From positions 251,794 to 315,793 of the forward strand of contig QPMI01000113.1 of assembly GCA_004431415.1 (NCBI GenBank): 64,000 nt of DNA. Direction: 5' to 3'. The position numbers and the translations under genes are program-made. Below are positions 11,470 to 24,689 of the stretch, piece by piece (position 1 is the stretch's first letter; each line of letters begins with the position of its first letter). This DNA comes from Cyanophora paradoxa CCMP329. Lineage: Eukaryota > Plantae > Glaucophyta. A model generated the notes under the pieces. That model made no database searches and had not been told where the DNA came from. It saw only the letters and a list, made by a program, of their open reading frames with translations.

Positions 11470-14400
11470 CTAGCGGCCGCGGTGGGAGGAGCGGGAGGAG
11501 CGGCCGGAGGCGGGCCCTGATGCGGCAGCGGCGGCGGTGGCCGAGGCGGCGGCGGCCCTGGCGAGCTCGGCCTGCCAGTGCTCGTAGTTGGTGCGCAGGT
11601 TGCGCACGAGGGAGTCCCCGAGCGCCGGCACCAGCGCCGCCACGCTCGTCACCAGGGGCGACACCACGAAGTCCACGAAGCCGATCTGGCGGGGGGTGAG
11701 CCGGAGGGCGAGCGGAAAGGGGGGGGGGGGGGGGGGGCCGACCTGGGACTTGGGGAGGCGCTCCCGCGTGTCCCCCGTGCGGTCCACTGCGCCCCCGCCG
11801 TGAGCCCCGCAGCCGGCGGGCGAGGGGGCGGGCGGGGAGCGGGGCGGCACTGAAGGGCGAGACGGGGATGCCGAGCTCGCGCTCCTTGTCGCCCTGCGGG
11901 GCCGTGAGCGAGGGGAGGCTGGGCGCGAACGCCGGGGCGCGGGGGGCGGGCCTGGGAGAAGAACTCGGCGTTGACGCGGTGCGACCAGGCGATGTGGAGC
12001 GGCAGCGGCTTCGACGCGTGCCCGATGTCGCACGCCTGCCGTGGGGGCGTCGGGGCGGGGCGGGGGCGGGGCGCGGGGCGGGCGCGGGGCGGGGGCACCT
12101 TGAGGGCGACCTGGAGGAGGAGGCGCGCGTCCTCCCGCGCCAGCGGCGGCTCCTCCCGCGCAGCCCCGGGGCCGCCCCCTCCCCGCCTCGCTCCCCGCCG
12201 GCTGCGCCCCGCTCGCGCCCCGCCGAGGCGGCCGGTCGGGGTCGGGGCGGCGCACGGAGACGGGGGCGTCGGGCCCGACGGGCTGCCCGAAGGCCCCGGC
12301 CGCCGTCCGCCGCTTGAAGGTCCCCAGGATCTCCTGCGGGGCGCGCGCGCGTCGAGGGCGGCCGAGGGGCGGCGGGCAGGGGGAGGGGAGGGGGGGATGG
12401 GGGGGGGGAGGAGGGAGGGGGGGATAGAGGGTATGGATATGGCATAGCTGGAAGTCTAAGTGGTGGATGGGAATTTCTAGGCAGTGGGTGTCGCGATTTC
12501 GAATCCGGCGGGATCCGTATTTCGGAAACAGAAAACAAATTCGGGCACGAAGTGCTGGCCCATGTCGGTGGCGAGGACCATGTCGATGACGCAGCGCCGC
12601 AGCTCCTTGACGTCCGCCTTGTCGAGGGCGGCGAGGAAGTCGTGCCGCGGCTCCCGCAGCGCCTTCCAGCTCGCTGCCACGTGGTGCGACTCCAGCGGGC
12701 TTCGGTCGTTGTAGAGGATGGCGAGCGGCCCGCCAGAGTTGATCGCGAAGTTGTTGTTGTAGCCCGGGTGCTCGAAGTCTGGGGCCTCCAGGGCGGCGAG
12801 GCTCACGGCGAGCAGCGGCCGCCCGCCCGTCGCCTCGCTCACCTCGAAGATCTCCACGCCCTGCGCGCGGCGCCCCCGCTCGCGTCGGCGGGGAGGGGCG
12901 GGGCGGCGGGGGCGGGGGCGGGGGGCGGGCGGGCCTCCCAGGAGGCGAGGCCGGCGCGCAGGGCGCGGGCCTCCCGCTCGACGCGCTCGTCGAGGGCCTC
13001 CAGGGCGGCGAGGCTCACGGCGAGCAGCGGCCGCCCGCCCGTCGCCTCGCTCACCTCGAAGATCTCCACGCCCTGCGCGCGGCGCCCCCGCTCGCGTCGG
13101 CGGGAGGGGCGGGGCGGCGGGGCGGGGGCGGGGGCGGGCGGGCCTCCCAGGAGGCGAGGCCGGCGCGCAGGGCGCGGGCCTCCCGCTCGACGCGCTCGTC
13201 GAGGAGCGGCGGCGCCGGCGACGCCGCGCCGGCCCGCTCCTCCAGCACCACGGGCTCGGGCCCCGCCTGCGCCGCCGCCGCCGCCGCGAGCGAGGCGAGG
13301 CCGCCGGCGCCGTGGCCCTGGTCGACGCTGCCGCTGCGGCGGGCGCGCCAGGAGCGGTGGGGGGCCAGGGAGCTGCGGCGGGAGCCGGGGCTGGACTCGA
13401 GGCGCTGCGCGGGGGCGATCTCGGTGAGGAGCCAGGCCTGCGTGTCGCTGTCGACGCCGAGCGTCCCCGCGGCGATCTGGCCGTTGAAGTCGGGGACGAG
13501 GAGGCTGCCGGAGGCGAGGAGGCCGTTGACGGCGGCGTGGAGGACGGAGAGGGCCTCGCGGGGGAGGCGCGCGTCCCGCGTGAGGCCCTTCAGCGCCGCC
13601 ACCGTCTTCGTCAGCGGCGAGTCGAGGTCCACCACCGACTGCTTGCGCGCCCCTGCCCGCCCGCCCCGCGCCCGCGCCGTCGGGTCCGAGCCGGCCGGCC
13701 GGCGCGGGGGCGGGACGGACGCTGGAGGGCGGTGAGCTCGGAGGCGAGGTGGAGGTTCATCTCGCGCAGGTCCTCCCGCTCCACCGTCACGCTCTCCAGC
13801 TCCGAGCGCAGCCGCAGAGAGTCGATGAAGTCCCGCCGCCGCCGCCCGTCCTCCTCCGACGCCGCCAGCAGCGCGAACGGCACGCTCGCCCCCGTCAGGA
13901 TCACCGCCCCGCTGCCCCCGCTCCGCCCATCAGCTGCAGCCTCGGCGGCGGCGCGCGGCGGCGGCAACGGCGCGCACTAAAAATCGAAGAAGGACGTCGC
14001 GGCGCGGGCGGCGGGGTCTGTGGGGGCGCGCGTCGGGGCGGCGCCCGTGCGGGGGCGGGGCGGGGCGGGGCGGGGCGCGGACAGCCGATCCAGACGAGGC
14101 CGTGGGAGAGGGCGACGAGGGCGAGGTAGTGGCGGGGGGGCAGCTGCGCCCCGCCCCGTCACCCGCGCCGCGCCCCGCCGCGCCCCGCCGCGCCGCGCCC
14201 GGGCCGGCGGGGGCGGACCTGGGCGAGGCCGCGGGCCGCCCGTCCACGGCGAGAATTACGGGGTAGAAGATCAGCTCCGGGTTCGGGTCCCCCAGGTGGC
14301 TGCCCCCACGCCACGCCTCGATGAGGAGGGCAAGGGCGGCGCGAAAGGGGGAGGGGGAGGGGAGGGGGGAGGCGGGGGTACGGCGCACTCGCAGAAGGAG

Positions 14401-15318
14401 GCGGCGAGGACGGATGCGAGGAAGGCGTCCATGAGGAGCTGCGGGGTACGGGTTCGCATTTGGGGCGCGGGCGGGGCGGGGCGCGCACGTTGCTCCAGCG
14501 GCGGTAGAGGTCGGGCGCCGCCGACATGAGGGCGTAGCAGAGGGCGCCCACGATCGCGGGGCCCGCGCAGATCAGCCGCTGCCGCCCGGCGGCGCTCTCA
14601 GCCGGCGCGGGGTTGGGCGCGCGGCAGGGGAGGAAGCGTGGGGTGCGGTGGGGGTGGGGGTGGGGGGGTTGGGGGGGTGGGGTGGGGCGGGAGGGCGGAC
14701 CCAGAAGGCGCGCATGCTGTGGGACTCGAAGCCGCGCTGCTGCTCGAGGTCGGCGCGGTAGATGTTGACGGCCCCCGCGTAGAACGCCACCGCCGCCACG
14801 TACAGCACGATCGCTGCGCCCCGCTCGGCCCCGCCCCCGCGCGCAAGCCGGCGCCGCAGCTCGCGGGGCGCGCGCGCACCGACTGGCAGCATGACCTTCT
14901 GGCGCCGCACGCTGCCCTTGCTGCGCCACAGATGGTACTCGTGCTCGGTGGCGCCGTCCGCGAAGGTCTGGAAGAGGCCGAGGAAGTGCGAGCGCAGTGT
15001 CGTGCGGGCCGCGACGCCGGCCGTGCGCGCGGTTTCCTGGGCGCTGCGGCGGCCCGGCGCCGCGCGCCGCCGATCGTACGGCGTCGCGGAGGTTGGGGAG
15101 ACCGGCGAGGAGCCCCATGAGAGGGGCATCAGCGCCGGGCTCGTCTGCTGGTCCTCCGCGCCCTCGCCGAGCGCGAGGTCGGGCTTTTGCTCGCCCCACG
15201 CCTTCGCTTTAACCAGCACAGCCGGCACAGCGACAGCCGCGGCCGGCTGCGCGTCTCGTGGCGTCCGGCCGTCCATGTCCTGCCCCGGCGGTGCCGCGGG
15301 CTGCGCGTGGACCCTCAT
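11470..15318 (-). pseudogene. Membrane-bound class I cyclic-nucleotide phosphodiesterase, rearranged (pseudogene or mis-assembly)
   Basis: Present: DFEHPGYNN, LYNDRSPLESHH, MVLATDMGQHF, LKACDIGH, EFFSQGDKERELG, SQIGFVDFVV and N-terminal TM exons. Missing: the YHN..HAADV segment and the H of HD. A ~212 bp tandem duplication lies at 12782-13204. Confidence 0.75.
12782..13204. repeat. Two copies of a ~212 bp tandem duplication (exon-intron-exon) inside the PDE gene
   Basis: 12782-12995 is repeated at 12994-13204, differing only in G-run lengths. Confidence 0.92.
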
Positions 15319-16096
15319 GCGGCCGACGCGACTGCCTCTGACTCCCTAGCTGCCGCAATCGCGAGCTTTCAACAGGAGCCCTGAACTGGGAAGCCGCGGC
15401 TGTCGAAACGGAACCGCCTGCCGCGCACGTTTAGCCACGACTACTCGCACGATGGGACCGTTACCAGACGCGGATGCAATTGTGAAGCGTTCGGCCGTTT
15501 GTTCTCTGGAGTGCCGTCGCCGTCGACCGATCAGCCTTCGAGCTTCATTCGCTTCTGCAACCTATCTTCGAAGCCCCGACGGTCGAAGGCCTTACAATCT
15601 GAAGGTCATGATGATGGCATGATGAAGGTCATCTGCCGGCGCCGCAGTACTGGGCCGGGGGCCTGGGGGCCGGCTGGGGCTATGGCTAAAGATACGTACC
15701 CCCCTCCGTGACGCAGTGACGAATCCGGACCAATGGTGAACGAGCGCTAAAAATGGAAGCACTCGACGATTCACGGCGCGCGCGCGCGAGCGCGCCTCCG
15801 AGGCTAGGGCGCCTAGGGAGTAGTAGGGACTCGGGAGTCGGGAGTCGGGAGTCCAAGCGCGACGGGCAGGTCCCCCGCGGATAGAAGCACTCGACGATCG
15901 CGATTCGCGCTGTCCTACCTTAGCGAACCAAGCTAAATCAGCGCAACTGCTCACGAAAAACGCTGGGGCGGTGCGGGCGGGCGGCGGGCTCGGGTGCCGG
16001 AGCTCGAGGCGGAGGACCATCCCGGGGGGCGGGGCGGCGGGCTCGGGTGCCGGAGCTCGAGGCGGAAGCTCGTGCTCCGGGGGGCGGGGGACGAGC

Positions 16097-19000
16097 TCAG
16101 CGGGACTCCCCGGGAGCGAGCATCCGGATCCGGGCCCCTGCCCCGCAAGGGGGCGCCGGCCCCAGGGGGTGCTCGCCCGGGGACGGAGGATCGGGGCGAG
16201 GGGCTGGCGTGGGGGGGTAGGGCTGAGGGACCCGACGGGTACATATGCATGTAGAGCCGAGCGGCCAGCTGGAGGGCATGCCCTTGCCCTGGGTCGGCAG
16301 GGGCTGGGGCCTCGCGATCGGGGGCCGTCGATGGCCATTGGGGCGTCGCTGCGTCGGGCGCGGGGCGGGAGCCCGGGCGACGGCCCCAGACGGGGCTCGC
16401 CGGGGTCCCCTCGGTGGCGTGCAGCGCTCGCTTGCGCTCGCGGGAGAGGGTAGCCCCCTCCCGCGAGGCACCCCGGGGCGCCGGCCCCGCGCTCGGCGCT
16501 TGCTCCGGCGAGCGGCGGGCCGCGGCGAGCTCCGCCTCATCGGCCGCGGCCGGCTGCCCGTTGCCGGCGCTGCCCGGCACCCCCAGTAGAGGGCGGCCAC
16601 CGCACCGCCCGTCCCCGCCGCCTCCTCCTCCTCCCCGCCGGGGGCGCCCTTCCGCCGCCTCGCCAGCGCGGCCGCGCTGCCGCTTGGCCGGCGCCGCAGG
16701 GCCGGGGCCGACTCGAGGATCGGGGCGGGCCCGGCCTCCCCGGGGCCCGTCCGCTCCTCTCCCTCCGAGGACCAGTACTCCGAAGCCGAGTCGCTGCCGG
16801 ACCCCCGCCCAGAGCCGCCGCCGCGGCTGCTCGACCGGGCGCCGGCGCACCGCCCGCCAGCGGGCCCGCTCGGCCTCGGCGGCGGCGGCGAGGGCGCGCT
16901 CCTCGCGCCGGCGCCGGTGCTCGAGCTTCGCCGCCGTGCGGTGCGCCGCCTGCGGGCCCCGCGCCAGCCGCCCGCCGCGCGACGTGAAGCCGCCGGCGCC
17001 GCCGGCCGCCTCGGGGCGCCCGCGCTCGCCCGAGGCGCGCCCCTTGGCCCAGCGCGCCCAGTCCCGCATCGCCACCTCGGGCTGCCCGGCCGCCCCGGGC
17101 GCTCCGGGGCCGGCACGCGCGGCAGGAGGTCCAGGAAGGCGGCCTCGGGCGGGAGGGAGGCGGGGGCCCCGCGGCCGCCGCGTGGGCCAGGCCCGCGGCG
17201 TGATGGGCGCAGGAGGGCCCCGAGGAGTCGGCGAGGGGCTCCGCCCCGCCCCCGCCCGCTGCACCCGCCGCCGCCGCAGCGCCGCGCCGCCCGCCCCGCC
17301 ATCAGGGCCCGCTGGGCGCGGCGCGCGAGGCTCCGTAGCCGATTCGAACTCGAGCGTGTGGACGGGTATACCCGCGGCGCCGGGGCTTGGACCGGTCTCG
17401 GGCAACGCAGCGTCGGGAGGAGGGGTAGAGGAGGCGTTGAGGGGAGCGGGGAGGGCCGTGTTCGAGGGCGCAGGGACCGGTGGCGGGCGGCAGGGTCCGG
17501 GCCCGGGCCCGCGAGCGGAGCGCGCACCCAGCGGCGCGGCCGGCCGCGGTGCGAAGAGAGCGGTTCGTCGTCGTGGGCGAGGGCGGCGAAGCGGCCGCGG
17601 GCGGGGGCGATGCGGGGGCGGGGCGGGGGTATGCAGGGGCGCGACGGCGAGGGCGGCGGCGAGGGCCTTGGGGGCCGGGAGGGGCGCGTCATGGGGCTCG
17701 CGGGGCGGGCGCTGCGGGTGGGAGAGGGAGGGGGCGTGCGGGTGTGGCCGGTGGCCGGGGCGTGCCCGTGGAGGTGCCGCGTTGCCGCGGCGACGGCCTC
17801 GGCAAAGGGCAGGAAGCCGGCGCCCCGCCCCGAAGAGCAGCCCAGCGGGGTACGCCGCCTCGATCTCCATCGACCCCGCCGCGCGTGCCGCGCCAGGCTC
17901 CCGCGCTGCGGCGGGGCGCGCGCGTGTTGGGGCCGGCGCGCAAGCCGAGAAGGGGCCGGAGCGCGCACCCTGCCGCCTCCGCCGCCGCCGCCGCCGGCCT
18001 CGTCGCCGCTGCCGCCGGCTTTGAGCTCGAGGGAGGCGCGCAGGGCCTCCCGCCCCTCCCGCCGCCGCCCCTCTCCTCGCCGCTGGCGCCCTCCTCGCCG
18101 CCCTCGCCCTGCGCGTCACCCCCGCCGCCGCCTCGAGGAGGTGCCCGCCGAAGACCTCGAGCGCCCGCTCCGCCTCCGCCTGCGCCGCCCCAGTCAGCCG
18201 GCGCGGCGCCGGGCTCGCGCAGGGCGGCACGCGCCGCCGCCTGGTCGCCCCCGGGGCCCCCCAGGAGCCTCCTCAGCCGGTCCATGCGGGCGTCGAAATC
18301 GAGCATCAGCTCCGGCTGCAGGGGGAATCAGGGACGGGTGCGCCGCGGGGCGCGCGGCGGTGCGGAAGGGCGCACCCCGTACATCACCGAGAGGCCGGCG
18401 TGACCCTCTGCGGCCAGTGTGTAAGCGGGCGGGGCGGGCGGGGCGGGGCGGGTGCTCGGACCGGCGCTCTGCAGGGCGGCCTGCATGGAGGAGACGAAGG
18501 CCTGCCACTGGGGCCCCGGCCCCGCCCCGCGGCCCCGCAGCAGCTCCTGCCTGTCCGCCCCGTGAGCGGCCGGCGAGAGGGGAGGGAAGTGCGGGGCGAG
18601 GTCAAGAGCGCGTGCCGCTGGGCCTCCCGGGCGGCGATGCGCAGGAGGGCGGCGGGGAGGAAGGAGGGGCCCCGGGGCTCCGGCACGGGCCCCGGGGGGG
18701 CCGGCGGCGGCGGCACGACGAAGACGCTCAGAAACGCGACCTGCCGGCGCCGTGTCCCCTTAGCCGGGGCGATGCGGGAGGAGGCAGGTGCCCCGGCGGA
18801 CCCCCTTGGCCCCCGGCGGGGGCCGCGACGCCGTGCGCGGCGCGTAAAGCGGCTGGCGCGGTCGCGGCCCGTCCGAGACCAGCGGCGGGGGCTCCCCGGG
18901 CGCCGGCAGCTCGCTGAGAGGCCTCGTGAGCGGAGGAGGCCGGAAGGGGGTGGGGGGGGGGGGGGGGGGGCGCACTGGGGCGGCAGGAGGCCCTCGCTGC

Positions 19001-20719
19001 TCGCCTGCTGCCAGCGCGCCGCGCGCTCCGACTGCGCGAGCCCGCCGTGGACGCTCCCGCCCCAGCCCCGCACTGCCCCGCCCTCAGCGGCGGGGCCCGG
19101 GCGGGCGGGGCGGGGCGGGCCGGGGCGGGCGCGCCGCTCGTGATCTTCTGGATGTCGCTGGAGGAGGGCGTGAGGCCGGCGAGGCCCCCGTGCCCTGCCG
19201 CCCCGCCCCGCCTCGGCGGGCGGCGGGGCGGGCGGCGGGGGGCGCGGCGGGGACCTCGAGGGAGGCGAGGTAGGCGTTGACGAGCTCGAGGCGCTGGAGG
19301 GGGTGCTGGTCGTGCCGCACCCCCGCCGCCACCCGCAGCGCGAAGTCCGGGCCCATCAGCAGGATCGCCCGCAGCAGCTCCCACCCCCGCCGCTTCACCC
19401 AGAGCTTCGCTCGGTGCAGCCGCCGCGGGATGCCGCGCCGCGCGGCCGCCCTGCGCCGCCCGCGCCGGCGCTCCCGGGTCCTCTTGGTGGGGTGCGGAGG
19501 AGGGAGGAGGAGGAGCGGGCGAGCTCGAGGGCGCCCCGAGGGCCCCCGCCAGGCTCCGCACCGACCCGCCGCCCGCCCGCCCGCTCCCCGCCGACCCGGG
19601 CGCCCCCCCGCCCCCGCTCCGAGCCGGCCGTCTCGTACCCCCGTCGGTCTCGGCGTCGGTGTCGGCCCCGCGAGCCCGGGGCCGAGCGCCTCCTCGTGCA
19701 CCTCGACCTCTGCCGCCCCCGTCGGGCCGGGCGGGGCGGGCGGGGCGGGCGGGGGTCGGGCCGGGCGCGCCGTGGATCTCGCGGAGGACAAAGCGGCGGC
19801 GCTCCTCGCTCCACTTCGTGATGGCACCGAAGAGGCCCTCCAGGAAGCGCGCGCTGCGCCCCGCCCCCGCCTCACGCCCCCGCCCCTTGCATGCCCCCGC
19901 CCGGCCCCAGGCGCGCGCACTACTCCTGCGCGTCGATCCCGTCCGTCCACTGGTCCGCGAGCTGCCGGGCAGCCCCGCCGGCTCACCTCGCGGGGGCGAA
20001 GCGCCGGCGGCGGCGGGCCGCGGGGCGGCGGGCGGCACCTGGAAGAAGGAGAGGAAGAAGCGGGGCCGGTCGAGGGCGGCGGCGCTCTGCACGTCGAACG
20101 CCCAGTCGAGCTCGGCGTTGAGCGCCGCCGCCGCCTCATCCCACACCGCGTTCAGGTGCTTGTAAATCCGCTTGTTCAGGTCCACGTACTGCGCCCGCCC
20201 GCGTTGGGGGCCCGCTGATTTGATCCGACGCGGGGCCGCGGGCCGGGGGGCGCCGACCTCGTCGTGGTCGATGACGCCGTCTTCGTCGACGTCGGCGACG
20301 ACCCATAGCCGCTCCAGCACCTCCCGCACCGCCGGGTCGAACTTGAGCGACTCCCGCTGCAGCAGCGCCTTATTTGTGTACAGCGCACTCTCCTGCGCCA
20401 CCGCGCCCCCTCCGTAGTAGCGCCGCAGCCTGCGGGGCGCGCGTGAGAGCAGTGCAGGGCTTGGCGCAGCGGGCATTTCTCACTGATCGAGGAGCGATTC
20501 TGTCTGTACTGGGGCCTGCGCTGGCGCGGCGAGGGAAAACCGTCGAAGGGAGCTTAGGCTCGCCCTCTTCCACTCTTGCCACCCAGTGGCTTCGCTGCTG
20601 CGCCTGGAGAACGGCGCGTCGATCCGCACGCTTGCATTGCTTCCCGGCCGCGAGAAGGACATGGACTTCGTGAGCCCGACGCTCACGCTCTTTGTGGGCG
20701 ACCCGAACGTCATGGACAT
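16097..20719 (-). CDS. EF-hand-containing protein with a long low-complexity C-terminal region (3' end uncertain)
   Basis: Spliced LERLWVVADVDEDGVIDHDEYVDLNKRIYKHL (EF-hand loop DVDEDGVIDHDE) and RFFLSFFQLADQWTD; ATG at 20719. Confidence 0.55.
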
Positions 20720-21130
20720 CTCCAGCCACTGCTAGTTGGGCCGCTCCGAGTGCTTGTATTGTCTCAATCCGGCGTGTCCACCGCGAGCGAGGCAGCGGAA
20801 AGCTGGGCGCCTCAAGGGACGGTGTGGGCGGGAAAACGCGAAAATGAGGCGGCTCGGACGCCGCGCTTGTTTGCGAAAACGCGTATGGGTACGCCAGTAC
20901 AAGTTGACTACTTGGATCAAATTCGGAGTTTGAGACTTAACTGCAAAATTCAGGGCTCGAACAGCCGGTGAAAAGCTGGCCCTACCTCATCTCGAAAACT
21001 CACGCTCTAAAGCTGGCTGCTGCGTGGCCGGGACGGACCGGCGAACCGCCGAACCCTTGCCGGGGGGTACCGCTGGACTGTCAAGGTGCGACCAACCTGT
21101 CGTCTCGTCTTTAGCTTGTCGCTGCGCGAG

Positions 21131-24100
21131 ATGGCGCGGGCGCTCCTCCTGCTGGCGCTGTTGGCGACAGTCGCTCTCGCAGACGAGCCTGTCCCTAAGC
21201 GCCTTGCTGGCCCCGTATTCCAGCAGGACAGCAACGGGGTGCGCTCAATGAGCATTCTACAGCCAGCGCTTAGTGACAGGAGATCGGGCAATGCCGCATG
21301 GGCCTTCAGTGCGGAAGGGGCGAACCGCGTCAGCAAGCGCTTGACGATTCCGCCGACGGCGAAGCGAGTCTCGATCCTCTCCATGGCCAGCGCCGCCTCG
21401 GACGTGGAAGCATCGATTTGGTCCGCGCGCCTGGCCCCAGGCGGCGACGGCGAAGCAGCGGATCGCGTGAAGCCGCTGCATGAGGCGGCGGCGGAGGTGC
21501 ACAGGCAGGTCTTCGAGCGGGGGGCTTCGAAGACGCGCCTGGAGCAGTACGACCTGGTGCCCCTCTCCGAGTCGGAGGAGTCCGCGATCAGCGTGGAGCA
21601 GGCGTCGGGCTCGCCCGTGCTGGTTGTGCTGGAGGACGCCTCGCGGCTGGAGCTCGTCGTGCGCTACGGGCACGACCGGTTCGTCGAGGGCCGCGAGGTG
21701 CCTGTCCAGGTCGAGCTTCTCGTCGCCGGCGGCGCGGCGCCCAGCGAGGCCGAGCGCGGCGCCATCCAACAGGCCGAGGCGCGGCTCTACGTGCGCCGCG
21801 CCGTCACGGGCGGGCCCGGGGACGCGCCGGAGGAGGAGCTCGAGCTGCGGCGGACGGCGCCGGGCCGCTGGGCTGGTGCGGTGCGGATCGGCGGGGCGGG
21901 GCGGCACGAGCTGCGGGTGCACGCGTCGGCGCCGCGGGAGGCGGAGCGGACGGTCGTTGACGCCGTTCACGCCGCCGGGGCCGACGCCCGTCTCGAGGAG
22001 CGGCCGCTCGCGCTCGTCTCGCGCGACCCCAGGCACCCCGACCTCTACGCTCAGGTGCTGCGCTCTGCCGGCGCCGGGCGCGCCGCGCGGAGCGCTGAGG
22101 CGGGCGGGGCCGGCGCAGGTGGACATCCCCGTGGAGTGCCGGGACCGGGCGGCCTGCGGCCCCTTCGAGCTCTACGCCGAGCTCTTCGGCTTCCCCGCCG
22201 GCGCCGGCGCGAGCGAGGCCGCCGCCGTCCCCATCAACTGGTTCGGCGGCATCGCCTCCGTCGTCCCCTGCGGCCAAACCGTCTCCTCGGACTCGCGCCG
22301 CCCCCGCGGGAACGAGGAGGAGGCGGCAGACGTGCCGCCGCTCTGCGTGCGGGGGTACGTGCACCTGGGCTGGCCGGCGCTGGCGGGCGGCGGCTGGGAC
22401 TCGGCGGGCCTGCGGAACGTGCGCCTGCGGGAGCGGGAGACGCACGTGGTGGTGGCCGAGGCGGAGGGCGCGGGGGTGCGCGACCCCGAGGGCCTCCTGC
22501 AGCCGCCCCGCCCCGCCGGCGGCCTCCTCTCCGGCATCCTCGGCGCCGGCGGACGGCGCGCCCCGTCCCTGGAGATGACCGAGGGCCCGAGGCCGGCGCG
22601 CCACGTGCAGCCGGCCGAGGCGACGCGGGGGGGGGCGCCCTCGCCGCCGGTGCGGGCGGCGGCGGTGGCGCCGACGGACTTCGCGCCGGCGCACTCGCAG
22701 ACGGGGCTCGTGGTGGTGCACGGCTACTGCGCGGACGGCTCCGACTGGTACCTCTCCAACTTCACCGACGCCGTCCGCTTCATGGACTACGGCCAGGCCC
22801 GCCCCGCCCCGCCCGCCCCGCCCCCGCCCCCGCCTTCTTCCCCACCCCGACGGGGCCCCGCAGGGCGTCTCGAACGACGAGTTCGCCCGGCGCCTCTCCG
22901 TCTTCGGCTCCTCGCTGGCCACGTGCACCCTCGCCGCGCACTCGCAGGGCGGTGCGCGCCCCGCTCCGCCCCCGCCCCGGTGGGCGGAGGTCGCCCTGAC
23001 GCCCGTGCGGCCGGCGCGGCAGGCATGGCCTCCCTCCACATGCGCAACTTCTACCACAGCGTGCGCCGGCCGCTCCGCCCCGCCCTTGCGCGCCTCACGC
23101 GAACGTTGTCCCCCGGGAGGCAGTGCCTGGACGGGAACACGAACCGGACGGGCGGGGCGCGCCTCATCCAGACCGTGGGGACACCCTTCCACGTGCGGCG
23201 CCCCGCGGTGCGCGCATGCGGGCTCGGAGTCGAGGGGGCGCGCAGGGCTCGTCCATCGCCGGGCGCTGGGCCTCCATCTTCGGGCTGCTCGGGTACGGCT
23301 GCGGGAGCGTCGCCGACCTGACCCCGACGGGCGCCGAGCTCTGGCTCTCCTACATGCGCGACGAGGCGAGGGCGCCGCCGGCCGCCGGCCCGCTGCGCGC
23401 GCTGAGGCGGGACGGGGCCAGGCGCGGCGGGACGTGTACTACTTCGCGACGCGGTCGCCGGCGGGGGAGCTCCCCTGCGACCGCCGCACTGACCTCCTCC
23501 TCCTCAAGCCCAACGACGGCGCCACCGAGAACCTCTACAACCAGCTCGCCGGTGCCCGCCCCCGCCCGCCCCCATCCTCCCCGCGCCTGACGGGCCTCGT
23601 CTCCGTCCCAGGGGCGAACTCGATGGGGGTGACGGAGGCCGAGTGCCACATGGACATGATGAACTACCCCTCGCAGACACTCAACGGCTCGCGCAACGTC
23701 GACATCTCCCGCCACGCCGCCCGCCGTCCGCCCCGCCCGCCGCCGTGGCCCCCCCACGCGTGGCCGCCCTGAGGCGCCGCCGCAGTGCCCATCCCGCGCG
23801 TCATCCGCAGCGACTACCTCGGGCTCATCCTCGGGTGCGGTGCGCGCCCTCCTCGGCCGGCCTCGCCTGAGGGGGCGGCAGGGTGATGGGCGGCCTCATC
23901 GCGGGGAGCCTCGCCGTGGGCCTCGCCGTCCGCTGGTACCGCGCCAGGCACGCCGCCGGCGAGGAGGACCTCGAGGCCTCCGCCCCGCTCCCCGCCGCGT
24001 GCGCCCCCGCACCCGCCGCCCCCTCCCCGTCTTGCTCTCGCCCGACCCCGCGGCCCCCGCGCAGCGCCGCCTCCCGCCCCGGCGCCTCGGAGCGGACGCC

Positions 24101-24152
24101 GCTCCTCGCCGGTGCCGCAGCCGGCGCTCCAGGCCCCTCCCGGAAGAAGTAG
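21131..24152 (+). CDS. Conditioned medium factor (Dictyostelium CMF)-like protein: signal peptide, alpha/beta-hydrolase-like C-terminal domain, TM anchor
   Basis: Signal peptide MARALLLLALLATVALA; PKRLAGP; VVVHGYCADG; AHSQGGMASLH; RLIQTVGTPF; NDGATE; ECHMDMMNYP. These motifs are recalled from CMF-family proteins. TM segment LGLILGVMGGLIAGSLAVGLAV followed by RWYRAR. Confidence 0.7.
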
Positions 24153-24519
24153 GAGGCCCTTCGTCTGCTCCCCCTTTCCCTCGTTGTCATCCAGATGTGT
24201 AGAGTCATCCTTGAGGTCGAAGTTCAGTTTTGGCCCCTTTCAGGGATGCAGCTATATATGATTATGTGTAGGATGCGTGATCGACCCGTACCAGTACTTG
24301 AGCTGGTGATCATGACTTTCACCGGTACTTCAGTCGGCGTCAGGCCTAGCACAAGAGCACGCGCACATGTACACAGCCGCGCTTGCAATTGCTAGCTCCA
24401 CTGGACCGAGGCCGAAAACCGGTACCGGCCGGCCGTGGTGCGCCACGCAGTGGCCCCGCGCGTTGCACGTACGTATACGTATACCGGTACACTGCACACA
24501 TGTACACGCGTACGTGCAC

Positions 24520-24675
24520 GCAGCGTTAGCGCTACAGCCAAGGATTCCGGAAACAGCCGCTCACCATCGGCGCAGCGTTAGCGCTACAGCCAAGGATTCC
24601 GGAAACAGCCGCTCACCATCGGCGCAGCATTAGCGCTATAGCCAAGGATTCTGGAAACAGCCGCTCACCATCGGC
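24520..24675. repeat. Three copies of a 52 bp tandem repeat upstream of tRNA-Gln
   Basis: Unit GCAGCRTTAGCGCTAYAGCCAAGGATTCYGGAAACAGCCGCTCACCATCGGC at 24520, 24572 and 24624. Confidence 0.92.
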
Positions 24676-24689
24676 GCAGCGCATCAACC

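Noticed and set aside
15951-18917. Very long overlapping ORFs (536-759 aa), and similar ones such as 52378-54909 and 27231-29102
   Set aside because: They are Arg/Pro/Gly/Ala-rich products of stop-poor high-GC DNA, reading through introns or antisense to real genes.
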